Below, piece after piece: positions 58,297-64,000 of a stretch of DNA of 64,000 nucleotides. Both the position numbers and the translations under genes were made by a program. The first letter of the stretch is position 1. Every line of letters begins with the position of its first letter. The notes under the pieces are model-generated. The model was not told the origin of the DNA, made no database searches, and was given only the letters and a program-made list of their open reading frames with translations. This DNA comes from Octopus sinensis (taxonomy: Eukaryota): the NCBI RefSeq assembly GCF_006345805.1, contig NC_042997.1, positions 117,738,001 to 117,802,000 on the forward strand. The letters are read 5' to 3'.

Positions 58297-59380
58297 CCCT
58301 TTCGTTACCAAACCGCCCAAAACCACCCGAAAAAAATTTTGGTTTATGAGACCAAACCGCCCAAAGCCGCCCGTATTTACCTATTCATATTTAAATGAGA
58401 ATATCAGAGCAAATCTCTTCAGTACATTCGTGAAAACACGTATTATACTTCGTAAACAGTTCAACTACAGTTTTGTACAATAATCGAAGTGTAATTTTAA
58501 TTCCGTGAATTTTGGGAGATTTTTTTCCGAAATTTGTTCCTATTGTGTTTTCAAAATTTGTAATTCTGACAAAAAATGGATACGAATTTCATTATATCAA
58601 GCAGCGAGTCAGAATTCGAAGGATTTTCTACTGAAGACCTTCATAAATCTAACTCTATGACTGAAAAAAAAAAGCATGTGGTATTTGATAATGAATCTGA
58701 TGTTTCATTTTCCAAAAGTGAAAACAGTGAATCTGAGATCTCCGATAGTGATAAAGAAAACGAATTGGCACCTGAATGGAGTGAAAATTTAAAAACTGTT
58801 TCTTTCGGTGATTTTTCTGAAGAAACTGGACCAAGCCACAGACTTTCCCAGAAGGGTAAAGCCTTAGACTATTTCTTTTTACTTTTTCGAATGAGCCTAT
58901 TTGAAATCATTACGGCAGAAACGAACCGTTACGCTAAACGTAAACAAAGCGAAAGAAACGATAGTTTGTGGTTTCCCACAACCTTAAATGAAATTAAGAC
59001 TATTTTGCCATAAATATTATTATGGGTATCAGAAAGTTACCCAGAATAACAAATTCTATCGTAAAATTTTGTTGTATACCCAATTGAATATTAAGCTAAT
59101 AACCCATTTTCTATAGCGATGTTTGAACAAAATTTTAATTTTATATTTTGTTGAATTTACCTGTATCTACCTGCAATTAGAGTCACTTTGTGACAAAAAT
59201 TATAGTATAGAATTGGTTGAGAACATTTCATTAAATTATCTTCCAAAATTCATGTTAATATATCGATAAATAAAAAAGTTATTGTTGTTTAATGAAACCA
59301 GACTAAATTTATGATTACGTTAGAAATTAATTGAAACACATAAGGGGTGTAATTTGGTCAGAAATATAGTAACGAAAGGG
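58297..59380 (+). mobile_element. Internally deleted piggyBac element with a 5' transposase remnant (ORF 58576-59013)
   Basis: TTAA|CCCTTTCGTTAC ... GTAACGAAAGGG|TTAA. ORF has an acidic N-terminus and LDYFFLLF...ETNRYA...WFPTTLNEIK, typical of the piggyBac transposase N-terminus; no DDD domain present. Confidence 0.9.
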
Positions 59381-61807
59381 TTAACATGTAAATTTCTAAA
59401 AATGGTTTTAAAAAATGAAATGAAAAAGTACAATAAAAGAATTTTAAAACAGTTATTCCTTCTATGTTATTACTGTCTTTTTAATAAGAAATAAATTTAA
59501 TGAGTTTGGTCGATTAAATCAACCCCAATAAGTCTGATTGATTTTTTTTATCTACCTGCTACGTTTCTAACAGGAATATTAATTAAAAATATAATCAGTG
59601 TTATTTTCATTTTCGGCTATTTCTTCATACAACTAAATCAGGAAAATACAAAATCAATTTCAAGAATTGTATCGAATATTTGGCAATTCAAGGATTGCTC
59701 CAAATATCATTTAAATTTATTATTCCAAAACCTTGAAATAATTTGAGCCTAAACTTTAAGTCATCATCATTCATCATTTTACATTTGTTTTTATATGATC
59801 TCTAAGGTTGGATGGTTCAACAGGAGCCAGTGTGCCAGATGACAGCACCAAACTCCAATGTCTGCTTTGGCTTGCTTTCTTATTTCTTTATTACAAACAA
59901 AAGGCTAAACACAGAGGGGACAAACAAGGACAGACAAAGGGAATAAGTCGTTTACATCAACCCCAGTGCATAACTGGTACTTAATTTACCAACTCTGAAA
60001 GGATGAAAGGCAAAGTCGACCTCGGCAGAATTTGAACTCAGACCGTAGCAGCAGACGAAATACCGCTAAGAATTTTGCTCGGTGTGCTAACATTTCTGCC
60101 AGCTCACCGCATTTTGGTTTCTACAACTGGATACCTTCCCTAAATGCCAACTACTTTACAGAGTATAACCAGGAGCTTTTTACATGACACTGGCACCAAT
60201 GAGATCACCAAGAAACTAATAAGACAAGACCCTTAAAGGAGATGGTTTTGTACTGAGATCAAAATCTGAAAGGACAGACATGGATGACTTGCTGTGAAGA
60301 AGATGGTGTCAGGCATACCTTGATATTCAGGGGTTTCGCCTCATGGAGGAGATGACAAAGGACCAAGATGGTTGGCAATTTGTTGAGGTCAAAAAAGACC
60401 CATCTATTTAAGCAAAAATGTAGGCCCTAAAAGCATATAATCTGTCTATGCTCCTGCAAACAATCATCCATCTTGGACAAATTTCTCCCTCACTCTAAAA
60501 CTTTGAAATAATTGAAACCTACATTTTAGCTCACTCTTCTGAGTGGTTGGCATTAGGAAGGGCATCCAGCAGTAAAAATCCGGTCAAACAGCCACAGAAG
60601 GCTGGAGCAGGCTTCTGCCTGGCCAGCTCTTGTGAAACCGTCCCACCCATGCTAGCATGGAAGGCGGACATTAATCGATGACTTTTATGTAATAATTAAA
60701 AGAAATAAAATATTTTCTTTAAGATTATAGATTTGTATTATGAACTGATTTACCTGTATTTCTAGCATGTGGCAGGAATAAGATTTGAAAAATACAGAAC
60801 AATACCGTTCTTGCTCCTGTACCAACTGATAGGGAACAGAACTGTTTTGAGCCAAACAGTCTGAGATGTGGATAGAGAATGTAACACAAAAGTTGTAGTA
60901 GGATTTGAACTCATGATCAGGCATCTAAGCCATACAGTAATTCTAAGTTTGTAAATCAACACAGAAATTCTTAATTTCAAAGTAAAAATCCTAAAAGAAT
61001 GATCTGAGTTCTGTAAACATTTCTAGAATGAAAAATAGTCCTTTCACCAAAACAGAACTCTTTTTCTAATGTTATTGAGTCAGCATGTCAGAGATGCTTG
61101 TAGTTGAGAGCCTAACCCTTCCGTTACCATATTTCTGCTCAAATATACTGCTTTGTCAATTTATTTTGAAAATAACAAATAATTTAGTCCAATTTTATTT
61201 ATTTATTTATTACTATTAAGCTGGTGTTTGAAACAAAATTAAGAAATTTTGATGAGAACAAGATTGAGTCTAAGAATATAGGGTAGTCTTAAGTGAGTTG
61301 GTATCAAATGGGGTTATTTGACATAATCAAAACAAACTAAAGCTCAATATTTTTAGTGAAAATGATTTTTTATCAGGAACAATTTTTTTTTTTTTTAGGA
61401 TAACTTCAAAAAGGATGAAAAACAGTCATTCAGAATAGGTTTTGTACATACACACACACACACACTTTTACTTGTTTCAGTCATTTGACTGTGGCCATGC
61501 TGAAGCACCGCCTTTAGTCGAGCAAATCGACCCCAGGACTTACCCTTTGTAAGCCTAGTACTTATTCTATCAGTCTCTTTTGCCAAACCGCTAAGTTACA
61601 GGGACGTAAACACACCAACACACACCCATACATATATATATGCATATATACGACGAGCTTTCAGTTTCCATCTACTAAATTCACTCACAAGGATTTGGTC
61701 GGCATGAAGCTATAGCAGAAGACAGTTGCCCAAGGTGCCACGCAGTGGGACTGAACCCGGAACCATGTGGTTGGTAAGCAAGCTACTAACCACCCAGCCA
61801 CCCACAA

Positions 61808-62083
61808 AATTGCAGTGTGGAAGATGTTTGCAAGCCATTTATGAACACACAAAAACCATTAGTTTCACTTCAACATTTAAATTTAACTTGTGTCAAAATA
61901 TTTTCGTCACTTTGAAACCATGACCAGCTCACTGACAAAAGTTTGTGCCACATCAGTTTTGTCAGTGAACAGGTCGTGGTTTCAAAGTCACGTAAATATT
62001 TCGACAAATTAAATTTAAATGATGAAGTGAAACTAATGGCTTGTGTTCTTAAATGGCTTACAAACATCTTCCATACTGCAATT
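61808..62083. repeat. Degenerate palindromic MITE-like element (about 130-bp arms, 16-nt spacer)
   Basis: aattgcagtgtggaagatgtttg...cactgacaaaa is mirrored; the plus and minus ORFs here translate similarly. Confidence 0.85.
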
Positions 62084-62141
62084 GTTTTTGTATCAACACA
62101 TGATCTCAGATCAAGCCACCTGCTATGCAAGAACATCTCCG

Positions 62142-62172
<31 letters not shown>

Positions 62173-63877
62173 TATTCATTTAAAAGAAGAAGCAAACAGA
62201 CATTGGGAAGTTAATCAGTGTTCATTATTAATAAATTGGCCATCTTCAGTCAGCTAAAATGAATTCACAAACACACATAGAGAATCCAAATGAACATGTT
62301 TTTTCCTTCTTTCCTCTGATATTATGCTCATGTCGTATAAATGTAAATTAATAGAAACGGCACTAAGTGAAGATGACCAATTTGCTGTTAATAATAAACA
62401 ATTATTAACTTCACAAATCTCCATTTTCTTCTTTTAAATGAATATAAGCTATGTTTTTATATATACTTATTATTTTAAGGAAATTCATTCCCCAAAAATA
62501 TTAAGTACCGAACCAATATTTCCTTGGATGAAACCATCCCTTTATGAGGTTAACACAACCGCTAATTAAATTTATTAAACATACATATATAAGGGGAGAG
62601 AGACAAACCCATGGCAGCATGGAAAACAGACATATGATCATGATATACATGTTTGTATACTAGAAGAGTCTAGTCGAACAAATCAACTCCGGTACTTATT
62701 TTTTGACCCTGATATTCATTCTATCAGACTCTTTTACCGAACTGCTAAGTTACGTAAACAAACCAACACTGGTTATCAAACGGTAGATGGAGGACACACA
62801 CACAGGATAGTTTGCACCTACCAAGACATTGCTCAACCGGAAGCTGTAATTGAAAACACGTCCTCAAGGTGAAGCACAGTGGGACTGAACTCGAAAACTA
62901 CGTGGCTGCAAAGCAAGCTCCGTAACCACACAGCCATGCCTGTGCCTATATAAACAATTTACATAAATTTTACATATATATAATTTGCCGAATTCCATTT
63001 TGATAATAAACTATTGTTCAACCACTAATCCAAAAGGAGTTTCGAGGGCAATTTCCACCTTGAATCGTTAATACACATACTTCAACAGTTAGTTTTCGTT
63101 CTATACCCTAGCTACCTTGGTGATTGATTGGGTTATGAAAGAAGTTCACTGCCCTGCTAAATGTTGACACACCCAATAACATAATATCATACCTATTAAC
63201 TGTGAAAAGTAAACTTGAGTGACCCAAACATCAACTTATCCTGTTTTTAGTTACACCAAACTACATTTTCCCTAAAAAGCTGAGATTCGGCGGCAAATAT
63301 TTCAACAAAGTAAAACCGGTTTGACCCCCCCCCCCCATACCCGAACATAAAGCACAAAGAAAAATGTAAACTAAAATTAGTATGTCATAAGTAGATTACT
63401 ATTTCATAAAAACAAAAAAATTGCAAAATCAATGTCAATTGATACACACAACACTGTGTCACTTATTTTCACCGACAGATAATCTTTTATTTACTTGGGT
63501 GAGAGAAAAATTTAGAAAAAGAAAAAAAAATACGGATTGGATCGAAATAGTGATATCAACGACCGGCGCAGGAGCGGTTGCGTGGTAAATGTGCATCCCA
63601 ACCATTGCGTGGCACCTTGGGCAAGTGTCTTCTACTCTAGCCTCAGGCTGACCAAAGCCTTGAGTAGATTTGGTAGGCGGAAACTGAAAGAAGTCCATCG
63701 TATTTCTGTGATGATTAAAAAAATTAGGCTACATAGCTGAAAACTTGTATGGCGCCAACGACCGAAAATAAACACCCGGATGCATCCTTAATAGTAAATG
63801 GTCAATGTCAAAAATATTTATTAGAAGTAACTTTAAAAATCTTATCCGTCTTCAACGAACTGTAGTTCAGAGTGTGT

Positions 63878-63913
<36 letters not shown>

Positions 63914-64000
63914 TACAAACATCAATTCGAGTAAAAGCAGCCCCTATGTGGTCGCTAGAAATAGCACACAAATCGGCAGAGGTAAAGAATACACACACCA

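Noticed and set aside
60325-60350. Minus-strand CCATGAGGCGAAAC, resembling a minimal hammerhead
   Set aside because: Lacks CUGA and has no supporting stems.

Overview
AT-rich, repeat-dense animal genomic DNA. The SINE, RTE and MITE content suggests an octopus or other coleoid cephalopod (inference). The window is dominated by one minus-strand gene, strawberry notch (SBNO1/sno-like). I reconstructed 19 consecutive coding exons (42748->33; 3187 nt, about 1062 codons). All have GT..AG ends, all splice phases join in frame, and the protein carries [15 protein letters not shown] and C-terminal helicase-like motifs. The start-codon exon (right of 42748) was not found and the 3' end lies left of the window. 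One intron (18673-19784) is U12-type. Introns hold a full-length decayed mariner, an internally deleted piggyBac plus its MITEs, hAT MITEs, several RTE LINE relics, about 25 copies of the RTE 3' UTR, tRNA-derived SINEs and microsatellites. The most unusual signals are: (1) two degenerate type I hammerhead ribozymes with long stem II and palindromic stem III (32664-32750, 48372-48489), both antisense to the gene; (2) an RTE LINE with an exact twin-priming 5' inversion (31412-32492), nested in a 3.3-kb element with 166-bp TIRs; (3) recurrent 100-140-bp-arm fold-back palindromes, two of which span repeat/flank junctions; (4) a weak C/D snoRNA candidate and a 13-His run in Sno. Coordinates were counted by hand (exons checked by length and phase; repeat edges are approximate). 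No database search was run.
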